A DNA stretch of 60,139 bases, filler included, from 8 parts of 8 records of this genome joined end to end with filler, not necessarily neighbours in it, one strand, 5' to 3'. Shown: positions 8,935 through 18,564, numbered from the whole stretch's first letter. Notes: generated by a model not told the origin, from the sequence alone. Program-made: numbers and translations.

Positions 8935-9699
8935 ATGGAAAAATTGAGGGAGTCTTCAAACAAACTTTGGGGATTTGTTGACAAAACTTTGACCAGTTGG
9001 TGTGTTTTTTTAATGGGAGCGATGGCGGTTTTAGTTATCTTATCGGTATTTATGAGATATGTACTAAACCTTACTTATGTTTGGTCAGAGGAACTAATCA
9101 TTTATCTGTTTATCGCAACAACATATTTTGGATCAATACTATGCGTCAAAGAAATGGAACATATAGATATTCCTTATTTATGGGATTTGGCTTCAAATCC
9201 AATTAAGCGTATTATGGAATTATTTGTGTGTGCTGTGAATATTGCCATCCAGATTGCTCTAGCATATTTTAGCTTTACATGGATTGAAAAAACGGGGTCT
9301 TCTTTGACTTCGGGTATGTATATACCTTTTTATACTGTATATATAATATTCCCAATTTGTTTTATTCTAATGGCAATATACACTTTTAGAAGAGTTGAAA
9401 ATAACATTTTGGCTAGCATAAAAACCTCAGTTAAGTCTAATATAGCATGGAAGATAATAAATGCTCTATTCTTTGGAATTTATGCGGCTGCACTGTATGG
9501 TTTAGCAAAAACTTATTTTAAGCTAAATGGAGTTGAAAGAATACAAAACTCTTTGAATCCAGTGATGATGAAAATAATATTTGCAGTATTTAGCATTATG
9601 TTTGCCTTGTGCTTTATACAAGTGCTGGTATATGCAGTTAAAAGACTTACTAATATAATTAGAAAAAATACACTTCAAGAAGTAGGGGGTGAACAATAA
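8935..9699 (+). CDS. dctQ: TRAP transporter small permease DctQ (C-terminally extended)
   Basis: Motifs V.MRYV, WSEEL and HI.I. It lies between dctP and dctM, and its stop overlaps the dctM start. Confidence 0.88.
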   Translation: MEKLRESSNKLWGFVDKTLTSWCVFLMGAMAVLVILSVFMRYVLNLTYVWSEELIIYLFIATTYFGSILCVKEMEHIDIPYLWDLASNPIKRIMELFVCAVNIAIQIALAYFSFTWIEKTGSSLTSGMYIPFYTVYIIFPICFILMAIYTFRRVENNILASIKTSVKSNIAWKIINALFFGIYAAALYGLAKTYFKLNGVERIQNSLNPVMMKIIFAVFSIMFALCFIQVLVYAVKRLTNIIRKNTLQEVGGEQ

Positions 9700-10982
9700 T
9701 GGAGATTACTGTATTACTGGTTACCTTTGTTGTTTTATTGTTGTTAAGAGTCCCGTTAGGATTTGCTCTTGCAGGTTCTAGCTTGCTATATATGGGTTTG
9801 TTCTCGCCAGATTTTTTAATTATCATTCCGCAGAGAATATGGTCAGGAACAGATAGTTTTGTAATTATAGCAATGCCACTATTTATTTTAATGGGCGAGC
9901 TAATGAACAGAGGCGGAATAACAAAGAGAATTATAGATTTTAGTTTATATACTGTAAGACCAATTAGAGGTGGTCTTGGAGAAGTTAATGTTGTTGCATC
10001 AATGATTTTTGGAGGTATATCAGGTTCATCAGTTGCTGATACATCAGCACTAGGTTCGGTGCTTATTCCAGAAATGAAAAAACGTGGATACTCAGAAAAA
10101 TTAGCAACAGGTATTACGGTTGCTTCGTCTACAATGGGTATGATTATACCGCCGTCTGTACCGATGCTTATGTATGCTATGGTGTCTAATCAATCAGTTG
10201 GATCTCTCTTTTTAGCAGGTCTTATTCCTGGTGTATTAATTGGTCTAACGCAGATTGTATTAGTATATTCGATTTCTCGAAAGAAAAAACTACATCCACC
10301 AAAAACAGCATTTGATAAAAAGCATTTTGTGCATACAATGAGAGATGGCGCGTTGGCTGTTCTTATGCCTGTTGTTGTTATCGTTGTAGTAACGTTTGGT
10401 ATTGCAACTGCAAGCGAATCTGCTGGCGTAGCATGTTTGTATGCAGTAATAGTAGGGTTTTTGATTTACCGAGAATTGAAAATAAAAGATTTTAAACCAG
10501 TAATTAAAAGAACTGTTTTAACTTCTAGCAGTGTTATGCTGATTGTTGGTACTTCTATGATATTCTCATGGATATTGGGTATAGAAAAAATACCGACTAT
10601 GGTAGCGGACTTTTTGTTAAATCTTAATCTATCAAAATGGGCACTATTTTTGATTATTGATTTATTGATACTGTTTACAGGAACTTTCCTTGATGTAACA
10701 CCAATTATTATTTTGGTAGCACCTATACTCTTGCCAGTGGTTCAAACATTGGGTATGGATCCATTGCAGTTTGGTGCAGTTGTTATTGTAGGATGTGCGA
10801 TTGGTCTGGTTACACCACCAATTGGTATGTGTCTAAATGCCGGAGCTAAAGTATCTAAGCTTTCAATAGTCGAGATATTTGTGGCTGCAGCACCGTTTAT
10901 TATATGTAATATAATCGTGTTGTTGTTGGTTACTTTTGTTCCTGCGGTTTCAATGTGGCTACCAACATTATTTATGTCGTAG
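9699..10982 (+). CDS. dctM: TRAP transporter large permease DctM
   Basis: Motifs AMPLFILMGELMN.GG, FGGISGSSVAD, IIPPS, ATASES and TPP.G. Confidence 0.95.
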   Translation: MEITVLLVTFVVLLLLRVPLGFALAGSSLLYMGLFSPDFLIIIPQRIWSGTDSFVIIAMPLFILMGELMNRGGITKRIIDFSLYTVRPIRGGLGEVNVVASMIFGGISGSSVADTSALGSVLIPEMKKRGYSEKLATGITVASSTMGMIIPPSVPMLMYAMVSNQSVGSLFLAGLIPGVLIGLTQIVLVYSISRKKKLHPPKTAFDKKHFVHTMRDGALAVLMPVVVIVVVTFGIATASESAGVACLYAVIVGFLIYRELKIKDFKPVIKRTVLTSSSVMLIVGTSMIFSWILGIEKIPTMVADFLLNLNLSKWALFLIIDLLILFTGTFLDVTPIIILVAPILLPVVQTLGMDPLQFGAVVIVGCAIGLVTPPIGMCLNAGAKVSKLSIVEIFVAAAPFIICNIIVLLLVTFVPAVSMWLPTLFMS

Positions 10983-11008
10983 TTTTGATGTCTTAGGGGT
11001 AATTAGAA

Positions 11009-12169
11009 ATGAAAAAGCTAATGGAATTAACTCATTTACTAGATTTCATGGAAGATAATATTGACCTTGAACATATTAGGAAAATAGAGCAATTGCAGTA
11101 TGATGCAATAAGTTATAAAAATATAGATCATTTGCCCCTTACTATTAGGACGTATCCAGATGGTTTTGAGCAGATACCTTTAGAGGACGCATACGAAAAT
11201 CCTGAGAAAATGCTTTATAATGAGATACTTTGGAGCACAATGCATAGTTCGTATAATAGCGTAAGAACAAAGGATGATGGGCCTTTAATGGTTAGGGCTA
11301 ATCATGGTATAGGTATTATTGCGTCTATGTTTGGGTGCAAATCGTCCATTTTTAACAATCAAATGCCGTGGGTTGATCATATTAGCATAGATGAAGCGAA
11401 GAAAGTTTTTGCAAAAGGTATTCCTGATGTGAAAACTGCTCTTGGCAAACGTGTAATTGAAACATATCAATATTATCACGAGCGATTAAAGGCATATCCA
11501 AAGTGCTATGAAGCCATTAGGATTACACAGCCAGATATGCAGGGACCATATGATATTTTACATTTGATTATAGGCAATGACGCTTTTTTGCTGCCTTATG
11601 ATAATCCGGATTTTGCAAAGGATATGGTAAATATTATTGCGCAGACCTATGTGCATTTTAGAAGAGAAGTAGATCCGCTTTTAACGGATAGAATTCACGA
11701 CGCTGTATTTGTACATGGTTTTTGCTGTGGTGGAAAAGTGTTAGTAAAAGCAGATACGCCAACGGCTAATCTTTCGCCAGATATGTATAAGCTTTTCGAA
11801 GCCGAGCCAGATTCTTATATTTTTGATGTATTTAAAGGTCAAGGTGGTGGATCATTACATTATTGTGGAGAATCAAAGCCATGGCATAGAGATATGATTT
11901 ATGACGAAAACCTTAGATGTGTAAACTATGGTAATCCTGAAATGCAAAATTTGTCCGATAATTATGGATACTATAAGGAAAAAGGTGTTGCGATTATTGG
12001 ATGGGGGTTTAACCAGAATTTTGATGATATGAGAAAAACCATTGAATCAGCAGATGCAGGCAACCCGATTAAAACAGGAATTACATTGATGTGTAAATCG
12101 GATGATTGGAAACAGGGAATTGAAGTTTTAAAAAGACATAAAGAATTAAGTAAGCTGGATAGGGAATAA
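11009..12169 (+). CDS. Uroporphyrinogen decarboxylase / MtaA-like (UROD-MetE fold) protein of unknown function
   Basis: PDMQGPYDI.H segment, D....LSPDMY..F and an LHYCG (HxC) motif typical of the family. Confidence 0.65.
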   Translation: MKKLMELTHLLDFMEDNIDLEHIRKIEQLQYDAISYKNIDHLPLTIRTYPDGFEQIPLEDAYENPEKMLYNEILWSTMHSSYNSVRTKDDGPLMVRANHGIGIIASMFGCKSSIFNNQMPWVDHISIDEAKKVFAKGIPDVKTALGKRVIETYQYYHERLKAYPKCYEAIRITQPDMQGPYDILHLIIGNDAFLLPYDNPDFAKDMVNIIAQTYVHFRREVDPLLTDRIHDAVFVHGFCCGGKVLVKADTPTANLSPDMYKLFEAEPDSYIFDVFKGQGGGSLHYCGESKPWHRDMIYDENLRCVNYGNPEMQNLSDNYGYYKEKGVAIIGWGFNQNFDDMRKTIESADAGNPIKTGITLMCKSDDWKQGIEVLKRHKELSKLDRE

Positions 12170-12175
12170 AAATCC

Positions 12176-13027
12176 CTATTCGTTGCTTGCAAATTGCTTA
12201 GGTGAAACACCAAAATGTTTTTTGAATGTACGTATAAAGTTAGTATAGTTTTGAAAACCACACATATCGCTTGTGGTTGTTACATTATGTCCTTGATGAA
12301 GTAAAATTTTTGCGCGAGAAAGCCTCCTAGACATGATATAGCGATGAATAGTTGTTCCAGTTGTGTTTTTAAACAACTGACACATATAGTGCTTGTTTAA
12401 ATGAAATTCCTCTGATAATGAATCGAGTGTAATGTTTGTAGTGAAATTATCATTAGTGTAATCAATAATTGCCTTTACAGTTGGGTTAAACCCATAACTT
12501 TCATCTTTCTTTTCGGTAGAAAAATTCTCACGAAACCAACGACTAATATAAACAAGCATTTCGATATAATAAGATTCCATTAGAGCCTGTGAGCCAAATA
12601 CATCTAAGTCTAAATCATGAATTTTATGAGCAATATCTAAAAATATCTTTTGTTGATCTTCGCTTAAAACTATTTTATTATGAGTGCCGCCTTTTCTTGA
12701 TATAAAACAGCTGAGCAAAGATATGTAATGCTTAGCGTTAATTTCTTTAATTCTATCTGGGCTAAATATAACAACTACACGTCTATAATCACCGTTAGGA
12801 TCTCTTAATGGTTTATGTATTTCAAAATTATTAATTATAAACAAATCACCAGGGTTCAAAGAATAGATAGAATCTTCAATTAAATACTGCTTCCCTCCGC
12901 TTATACAATAAAAGATTTCAAAATGATCATGAAAATGAAAATCTGGAAAACAGGAAACATTATTTGGTTTAAACCTTAAATCCAATTCGTTTTGGAAGAA
13001 TTCTTTGCTTTCAAAATTATTATGCAT
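12176..13027 (-). CDS. AraC family transcriptional regulator (cupin + HTH)
   Basis: HFHDHFEI cupin motif and C-terminal F...TG.T...Y...R...A / GF.NY.NF.R.FKK..G.SP. Confidence 0.92.
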   Translation of the reverse strand: MHNNFESKEFFQNELDLRFKPNNVSCFPDFHFHDHFEIFYCISGGKQYLIEDSIYSLNPGDLFIINNFEIHKPLRDPNGDYRRVVVIFSPDRIKEINAKHYISLLSCFISRKGGTHNKIVLSEDQQKIFLDIAHKIHDLDLDVFGSQALMESYYIEMLVYISRWFRENFSTEKKDESYGFNPTVKAIIDYTNDNFTTNITLDSLSEEFHLNKHYMCQLFKNTTGTTIHRYIMSRRLSRAKILLHQGHNVTTTSDMCGFQNYTNFIRTFKKHFGVSPKQFASNE

Positions 13028-13167
13028 GGTATCCCCTAAAAGTATAAATGTTAGGGTTATAGTATACTATTTTACCATAACTTTTGCAAGTTTTACGCGA
13101 AGAAATGTCTATAAAATGTTATATATTAATGCTAACATATGTATATGCATGATTGGAGGGTGGTAAG

Positions 13168-14268
13168 ATGTGTACTGTTATGGTGATTGATAACAATCAA
13201 ATGAGACGTAACTGGTTGCAGGAAAATATTTTAAATTCGAATATTAAACTTGGTGAAATCATTCTTTGTAAGACAGGCGCAGAAGCTGAACAATATATTG
13301 AGACAAACGATGTGGATATTGCGCTTGCTCGTATGGAAAAAGAGGATATGTCTAGTGTTGAGATTGTAAAAACTATGCATGAAAAATTAATATTTTCCAT
13401 ATTTTTAGGATACGGAGCTAGTAAGGACTTTGACTTTTTATGTAATATTGTAAATGGTGGGGTTTCTAAATATTTGCAAGATATATTTGATAAAGATAAA
13501 CTCAATGCTTTTCTAAATGATGCATATGAAAGTTATTGTGCTTCAAAGATTAAAATAAACTATATGACTGAAAAATCAAAAGGTCATGAAGAAAAAGCCT
13601 ATACAGGATCTATGCTTAGACAAATGGTTGATGCATATGCAAGAAACGCAAAAAAAGACTGTGGAAGAAGCATTAGTGGCTATATTGATGTTTTGCTTGA
13701 CATAATGGATCATCAACAGCTTTACCATTCTAAAACCATGGTTTTAGAAATGATGATGATTATAACTGAGCAAGTGGGCAAAGGGCATATTAGCACGGAT
13801 TATGTTCTTTTCAATTCTAAAGATTGTAACGCGATAATGAACTTTAAAAATATAGAAGATCTTAAAGAAATGGTATCAAAATACCTTATGAATTTAGCAA
13901 GAAACATATATATGCTTTCAAATACAAAAGATTACAAGTCGATGTCGATAATCTCTGCTACAAATTTTATAAGAAACAATTATAAAAGAGATATTTCAAG
14001 AGATGATGTAGCGGCAGCAGTTAATTTGAACCCAAGTTATTTCAGTAAATTTTTTAAACAGCAAATGGGAGAATCTTTTGTCTCGTATTTAAGAAGAATC
14101 CGTCTTGAACAAGCAAGAACTATTTTAGAATGCACTGGCACCAGTATTAAAACGGTTAGCGAGAAAGTGGGGTATTCGGATAGTAGGTACTTCGCAAAGT
14201 TATTTTACGAATATTCTGGCTACACGCCATGTGAATATAGAAAATCAATAAATAAATTATTATCATAA
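13168..14268 (+). CDS. YesN-like receiver-AraC regulator with an atypical receiver domain
   Basis: N-terminal receiver fold (VMVIDN), C-terminal AraC HTH (YFSKFFKQQMG, VGYSD.RYF.KLF...G.TP.EYR), and RBS GGAGG before ATG 13168. Confidence 0.85.
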   Translation: MCTVMVIDNNQMRRNWLQENILNSNIKLGEIILCKTGAEAEQYIETNDVDIALARMEKEDMSSVEIVKTMHEKLIFSIFLGYGASKDFDFLCNIVNGGVSKYLQDIFDKDKLNAFLNDAYESYCASKIKINYMTEKSKGHEEKAYTGSMLRQMVDAYARNAKKDCGRSISGYIDVLLDIMDHQQLYHSKTMVLEMMMIITEQVGKGHISTDYVLFNSKDCNAIMNFKNIEDLKEMVSKYLMNLARNIYMLSNTKDYKSMSIISATNFIRNNYKRDISRDDVAAAVNLNPSYFSKFFKQQMGESFVSYLRRIRLEQARTILECTGTSIKTVSEKVGYSDSRYFAKLFYEYSGYTPCEYRKSINKLLS

Positions 14269-14286
14269 CTTTTAAGGAGGTTTCAA

Positions 14287-15129
14287 ATGGAAATTAGACA
14301 ATCACAATGTGCAGTAGATGCAAAGTCGTATGATACAGAGCGATTAAGAAGCGAATTTTTAATTTCGAATCTGTTCAAATCGGATAATGTTAAACGTGTT
14401 TATTCACATATTGACAGAATTATAACAATGGGAATTTGTCCCGCAAAGAATGATTTAGAAATAGGTGAGAACCTAGACATTATGAAAAACTTAGGAACGG
14501 ATTTCTTTTTGGAAAGACGTGAGCTTGGAGTTATTAATGTTGGAGGCAGTGGAACAATTAAGGTTGATGGTAAGACATATAAACTAGCAAGCCTTGATGG
14601 ATTATATGTTGGAATGGGTGCTAAAGATGTTGTTTTCAGCAGTGATGATGAACATAATCCTGCTAAGTTTTATTCCTTAAGTGCGCCTGCTCATACTACA
14701 TATCCAACTGTACATGTAGATATAACAAAAGCTGCAAAAGTTGAAATGGGCGAAAACGAAAAATCTAACAGACGTGTTATCAACCAGTATATTCATCCAG
14801 ATGTTATGCAGACATGTCAACTTTTGATGGGTCTAACTGAACTTGCACCTTCAAATGTATGGAACACAATGCCTTGTCATACACACGAAAGAAGAATGGA
14901 AGTTTATTTCTATTTCGGAATAGATGATGATAATGCAGTATTCCACTATATGGGTGAGCCAACACAAACACGTCATATTGTTGTAAGAAACGAAGAAGCC
15001 GTTATTTCGCCATCTTGGTCTATCCATAGTGGTTGTGGTACATCTTCATATAAATTCATTTGGGGTATGGTTGGTGAAAATCAAGCATTTACAGATATGG
15101 ATCATATAGCAATTAAAGATTTGAAATAA
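14287..15129 (+). CDS. kduI: 4-deoxy-L-threo-5-hexosulose-uronate ketol-isomerase
   Basis: Motifs [39 protein letters not shown] and FIWGMVGEN. Confidence 0.96.
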   Translation: MEIRQSQCAVDAKSYDTERLRSEFLISNLFKSDNVKRVYSHIDRIITMGICPAKNDLEIGENLDIMKNLGTDFFLERRELGVINVGGSGTIKVDGKTYKLASLDGLYVGMGAKDVVFSSDDEHNPAKFYSLSAPAHTTYPTVHVDITKAAKVEMGENEKSNRRVINQYIHPDVMQTCQLLMGLTELAPSNVWNTMPCHTHERRMEVYFYFGIDDDNAVFHYMGEPTQTRHIVVRNEEAVISPSWSIHSGCGTSSYKFIWGMVGENQAFTDMDHIAIKDLK

Positions 15130-15139
15130 GGAGAAAATA

Positions 15140-15487
15140 ATGAAGCCGAATTTTGATTTAACTGGTAAAATTGCTCTAGTTACTGGAGCGTCATATGGAA
15201 TAGGTATGGCTATGGCAAAAGGCATGGCAGCGGCCGGCGCGACGATTGTGTTTAATGATATAAATAAAGAACTAGTAGATAAAGGCCTTGCGGCTTATGA
15301 TGAAGCAGGAATAAAAGCATATGGATATGTATGTGATGTAACAGATGAAGATGCAGTAGGCGAGTTTGTTGCATTAGTAGAAAAAGAAGTTGGTGTTATA
15401 GACATATTGGTGAATAATGCAGGAATAATTATAAGAAAACCTATGCACGAAATGACAGCAGCAGAATTTAGAAAAGTTATTGATATT
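15140..15487 (+). CDS. kduD: SDR 2-dehydro-3-deoxy-D-gluconate 5-dehydrogenase / gluconate 5-dehydrogenase (3' truncated)
   Basis: Motifs TGASYGIG and DILVNNAGII; directly after kduI. Confidence 0.85.
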
Positions 15488-15587
15488 NNNNNNNNNNNNN
15501 NNNNNNNNNNNNNNNNNNNNNNNNNNNNNNNTTAATTAATTAANNNNNNNNNNNNNNNNNNNNNNNNNNNNNNNNNNNNNNNNNNNN
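15488..15587. other. Artificial contig spacer
   Basis: N44-TTAATTAATTAA-N44. Confidence 0.98.
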
Positions 15588-15588
15588 T

Positions 15589-15735
15589 TTTATATTATTG
15601 CCCCTTTTACTTCTGCCGATGACGTTGATAGTTTCAATAATCTACATAACCGCAATACTGTTCATAGCACTCTTGATTCTGCTGCGCACAGTAAGCACAA
15701 AAGCTGTAGCACGTCTGGAAAATATAGATGTATAG
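15589..15735 (+). CDS. C-terminal fragment of a membrane protein (5' truncated)
   Basis: Open frame from the contig start: FILLPLLLLPMTLIVSIIYITAILFIALLILLRTVSTKAVARLENIDV*. Confidence 0.5.
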   Translation, partial: FILLPLLLLPMTLIVSIIYITAILFIALLILLRTVSTKAVARLENIDV

Positions 15736-15800
15736 CTCTTAGTGTCTGAAGATAGGTAAGAGGTACAAACGGAAAAATAGCAAGCATATGGAGATATTTT

Positions 15801-16625
15801 TTGAAAAAGCTAATTCTAATAACAATAGCTCTGCTGCTCTTAACGGCAGGCTGCAATAAAGAAGAAGGTAATGGCAATGTTGTTGATACGCAGTCACCTG
15901 CTCCTACAGAGATACCGACAGATAAGCCAGTACCGACACCATCCACAACTGCCATTACAACCACGTCTCCTATGCCTTCACTTACTCCTGTGATTACTCC
16001 GTCACCTACACCGCAGCCTAAAGGTTATGTAAACGTCGCAGAAGGCTTTTGTTACTATGAACTCACGGACGAAATAAAACAGCGTATTACCGGCATGAGT
16101 TACCCGAAGGAGGGCAGCGATAAAGTAACATATGATTATCTTCGCTACATTGAGCTGCTCCATTACGACTTTAACGGCAAGGTTAAAAAGGGAGAGCTTA
16201 TCGTAAATGCTCTCGTAGCGCAGGAAGTGACAGAGATTTTCTACGAGCTTTATAAGGCTCAGTATCCTCTCGAAAGCGTCATCCTAGTAGACGATTTTGG
16301 CGAACCGGGTGACGACAACCTCTCGATGGCAGCAAACAACACCTCTGCTTTCAACTATCGCTATGTAACGGGGTCTAATACGCTTTCCCGTCACAGTTAC
16401 GGAGCAGCGATAGATATAAACCCGATGCTTAATCCATACATCGACGGAGACCGCATCGTACCCGAAAACGGTATACAGTATGCCGACCGTTCGCTTGAAG
16501 CCGAAGGTATGATTGACCACGATGATTTGTGCTATCAGCTCTTTATACAGCACGGCTGGAGCTGGGGCGGCGATTGGAGCGGCGATAAAGACTACCAGCA
16601 TTTCTCAAAGGATCTTGGGTTCTGA
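15801..16625 (+). CDS. M15 family Zn metallopeptidase lipoprotein (cell-wall peptidase)
   Basis: Lipobox TAGC, Pro/Thr linker, motifs FNYR, SRHSYGAAIDINP and WGGDW...DYQHF. Confidence 0.88.
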   Translation: MKKLILITIALLLLTAGCNKEEGNGNVVDTQSPAPTEIPTDKPVPTPSTTAITTTSPMPSLTPVITPSPTPQPKGYVNVAEGFCYYELTDEIKQRITGMSYPKEGSDKVTYDYLRYIELLHYDFNGKVKKGELIVNALVAQEVTEIFYELYKAQYPLESVILVDDFGEPGDDNLSMAANNTSAFNYRYVTGSNTLSRHSYGAAIDINPMLNPYIDGDRIVPENGIQYADRSLEAEGMIDHDDLCYQLFIQHGWSWGGDWSGDKDYQHFSKDLGF

Positions 16626-16640
16626 GTTATAGCACAAAAT

Positions 16641-16675
16641 AAAAAAGGCGTGCTGTTTTGAGCACACCATTTTTT
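16641..16675. terminator. Bidirectional terminator between convergent genes
   Basis: A-tract, GG(C)GTGCT...AGCACACC stem, T-tract. Confidence 0.6.
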
Positions 16676-16682
16676 GTTGTTA

Positions 16683-17054
16683 TTAATCCCAGTCTCTGTC
16701 TTTCCTGCGGTCATAGCCGTAGTTACAGCCGCATTCACAACGCCAGTCTTTATCGTAATTGCAGTCTCTTTCACATCTGCATTTTCTATAGTAATGCATT
16801 GCCTTATTAAAGCAAATATCTCTGTCACAGCAATAATTCCTGTCACGACGTCTGTCATCATGGTGATGGTCTCTATCACGGCATCCATCATCACGCCGGC
16901 GGTCCCTGTCGCAGTCACAACGGTCGTGCCTGCCTCTGTCACAGTCACAACGGTCATGCCTACCCCTGTCACAGCACTCCCTGCCGTAATATCTGTCATC
17001 ACAACATCCTAAAATCAACGGAAGTATCCACCAGCACGAGTTATTTTTGTACAT
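16683..17054 (-). CDS. Cys/Asp/Arg-rich small protein, probable spore coat/exosporium component
   Basis: RBS AAGGTGA, 19 Cys in 123 aa, WWILPLILGCC N-terminus, and a sigma-K-like promoter upstream. Confidence 0.7.
   Translation of the reverse strand: MYKNNSCWWILPLILGCCDDRYYGRECCDRGRHDRCDCDRGRHDRCDCDRDRRRDDGCRDRDHHHDDRRRDRNYCCDRDICFNKAMHYYRKCRCERDCNYDKDWRCECGCNYGYDRRKDRDWD
16906..16974. repeat. 30-bp tandem repeat (about 2.3 copies) encoding CDRGRHDRCD
   Basis: ctgtcgcagtcacaacggtcgtgcctgcct / ctgtcacagtcacaacggtcatgcctaccc / ctgtcacag. Confidence 0.85.
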
Positions 17055-17089
17055 GCGATATCACCTTCCCTTACTCATGCAGTATAATT

Positions 17090-17119
17090 TACTGTATGCA
17101 ATGAAAAAACAAAGTGTGA
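17090..17119 (-). promoter_or_regulatory. Putative sigma-K (late mother-cell) promoter
   Basis: The minus strand reads tcACA-16 nt-CATAcagTA, matching the AC(A)-n16-CATAnnnTA consensus. Confidence 0.6.
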
Positions 17120-17292
17120 TATCGTTGATAGGGCTTACTTATGTGTTTTGTCGATTAGCCGTCTTACCGCAATTTCCTGTTCAATTTCTGAAGGTTCTGC
17201 CGTGTTTTTATTGTTTTTGATATTAAACAAGTTCCTTTTCTTCTTCATATCTCTCATATTTGAATATTCTCTGCAGTATAGAAGTGCTGTAT

Positions 17293-18564
17293 TCAGGCAG
17301 CATTTTTTTTAGGTCTGAGTCTTAAAAACCTGTTCAGTACTACTAGAACAGCGCCTATTATTATAAAAAGGACCGGAATAGAAAACCTGTCTGCAATAAA
17401 CCCAAACAGCGGTGCAAACACAGCTACGAACAAGGCTCTAAACTGGCTTTCTATAGACAGCGTTGTAACTCTCTCCTGTTTTTTCATTATATCGCCGACG
17501 GCATCGACAAACACAGGGCGTCTTGAGTCCTTTAGAATGTAAACTATGAAGTATAGCAGTATTATGATATAGACAGCGTTTATTTTTATGAACAGGGAAA
17601 GCAGCAGCAATATAACTGCCAGCACATCCATAAACAGGTCCATAAGCCGATGAGAAGCCATCAGCTTCTCCAGCCTGTAAACATTTCTGGTTGCAAGCGA
17701 GCTTAAAAGATAGACTACTCCATAAATCACGGCAAGATATACAGACAGCACATCGTCCTGAGACAAGTTTATGAATATCGAAGCTGTTGATGCAAGCAAT
17801 ATGGTTTTGAGTATAGGCTGTATATAGTCTTTGATGCTGGCAACGACTGCATTGAAAACTGACGACGACATGACGGTTTTTACAACGGTTTTGTTTTTGC
17901 TGATAGATTTTATCTGTAAAAAGCCCTGATTGATAAAATCTTTAAAACTGAACTTGCTTGCATGTCTTTCGTTAAAGCGCTTTGGATAGCCTGCTATCAG
18001 TATGAAATCAACAATATAAGGCACTATGCACAAAAGGAACAGCAGCCTTAAGTTATTAAAACTTAAAAGAAAAACTATCGAAACAAAAGAAGATATGGAT
18101 GAGCCTATAAGAGAGAATGAGCGTGTCCGGCTGTATACAAAGTTCTTATATGAAAACCAGTCCTTTTCATCTAAGTAAGACATAATAATAGCCTTGTGCG
18201 TGCCCGATCTGAACGCTTCGCCTAGCCCGAAGAGAACCATAGCGATACACAATATATAGAACTTTCCGCCTATGAAGAAGAAAACGAACGAGGCTATATA
18301 GAACACAAAACATATCATAAGCTCTGTTCTCTTGCCGTAGTGGTCGGCAAAGACGCCGGACGGCACTTCGAATATATAATTTGTTATCTCCCTTATCGAA
18401 TAGAGCAGCCCGACTTGAAAAAGCGAAAAGTCCATGGACAAAAGATATATAATTAAAAACGGCTCAAAGAACTTAAGGTTCTTAAAGAAACCGTACATAC
18501 AGAATTTTCGTATAAGCCCGTCTTTTTTTATCTTCTTTTTTATTTCCGCTGTTTTTTCACTCAT
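17293..18564 (-). CDS. MFS transporter
   Basis: Multiple TM segments and motifs FEVPSGVFAD.YG.R and GEAFRSGT. Confidence 0.9.
   Translation of the reverse strand: MSEKTAEIKKKIKKDGLIRKFCMYGFFKNLKFFEPFLIIYLLSMDFSLFQVGLLYSIREITNYIFEVPSGVFADHYGKRTELMICFVFYIASFVFFFIGGKFYILCIAMVLFGLGEAFRSGTHKAIIMSYLDEKDWFSYKNFVYSRTRSFSLIGSSISSFVSIVFLLSFNNLRLLFLLCIVPYIVDFILIAGYPKRFNERHASKFSFKDFINQGFLQIKSISKNKTVVKTVMSSSVFNAVVASIKDYIQPILKTILLASTASIFINLSQDDVLSVYLAVIYGVVYLLSSLATRNVYRLEKLMASHRLMDLFMDVLAVILLLLSLFIKINAVYIIILLYFIVYILKDSRRPVFVDAVGDIMKKQERVTTLSIESQFRALFVAVFAPLFGFIADRFSIPVLFIIIGAVLVVLNRFLRLRPKKNAA

Noticed and set aside
16906..16974. 30-bp repeats as a mini CRISPR array
   Set aside because: The copies are directly tandem with no spacers, are in-frame coding, and no cas genes are present.
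16592..17012. Val/Thr/Ala-rich ORFs 16592-17002 (-) and 16674-17012 (+) as overlapping genes
   Set aside because: They are alternative frames of the low-complexity Cys-rich gene. Only the 17054 start has an RBS and promoter.
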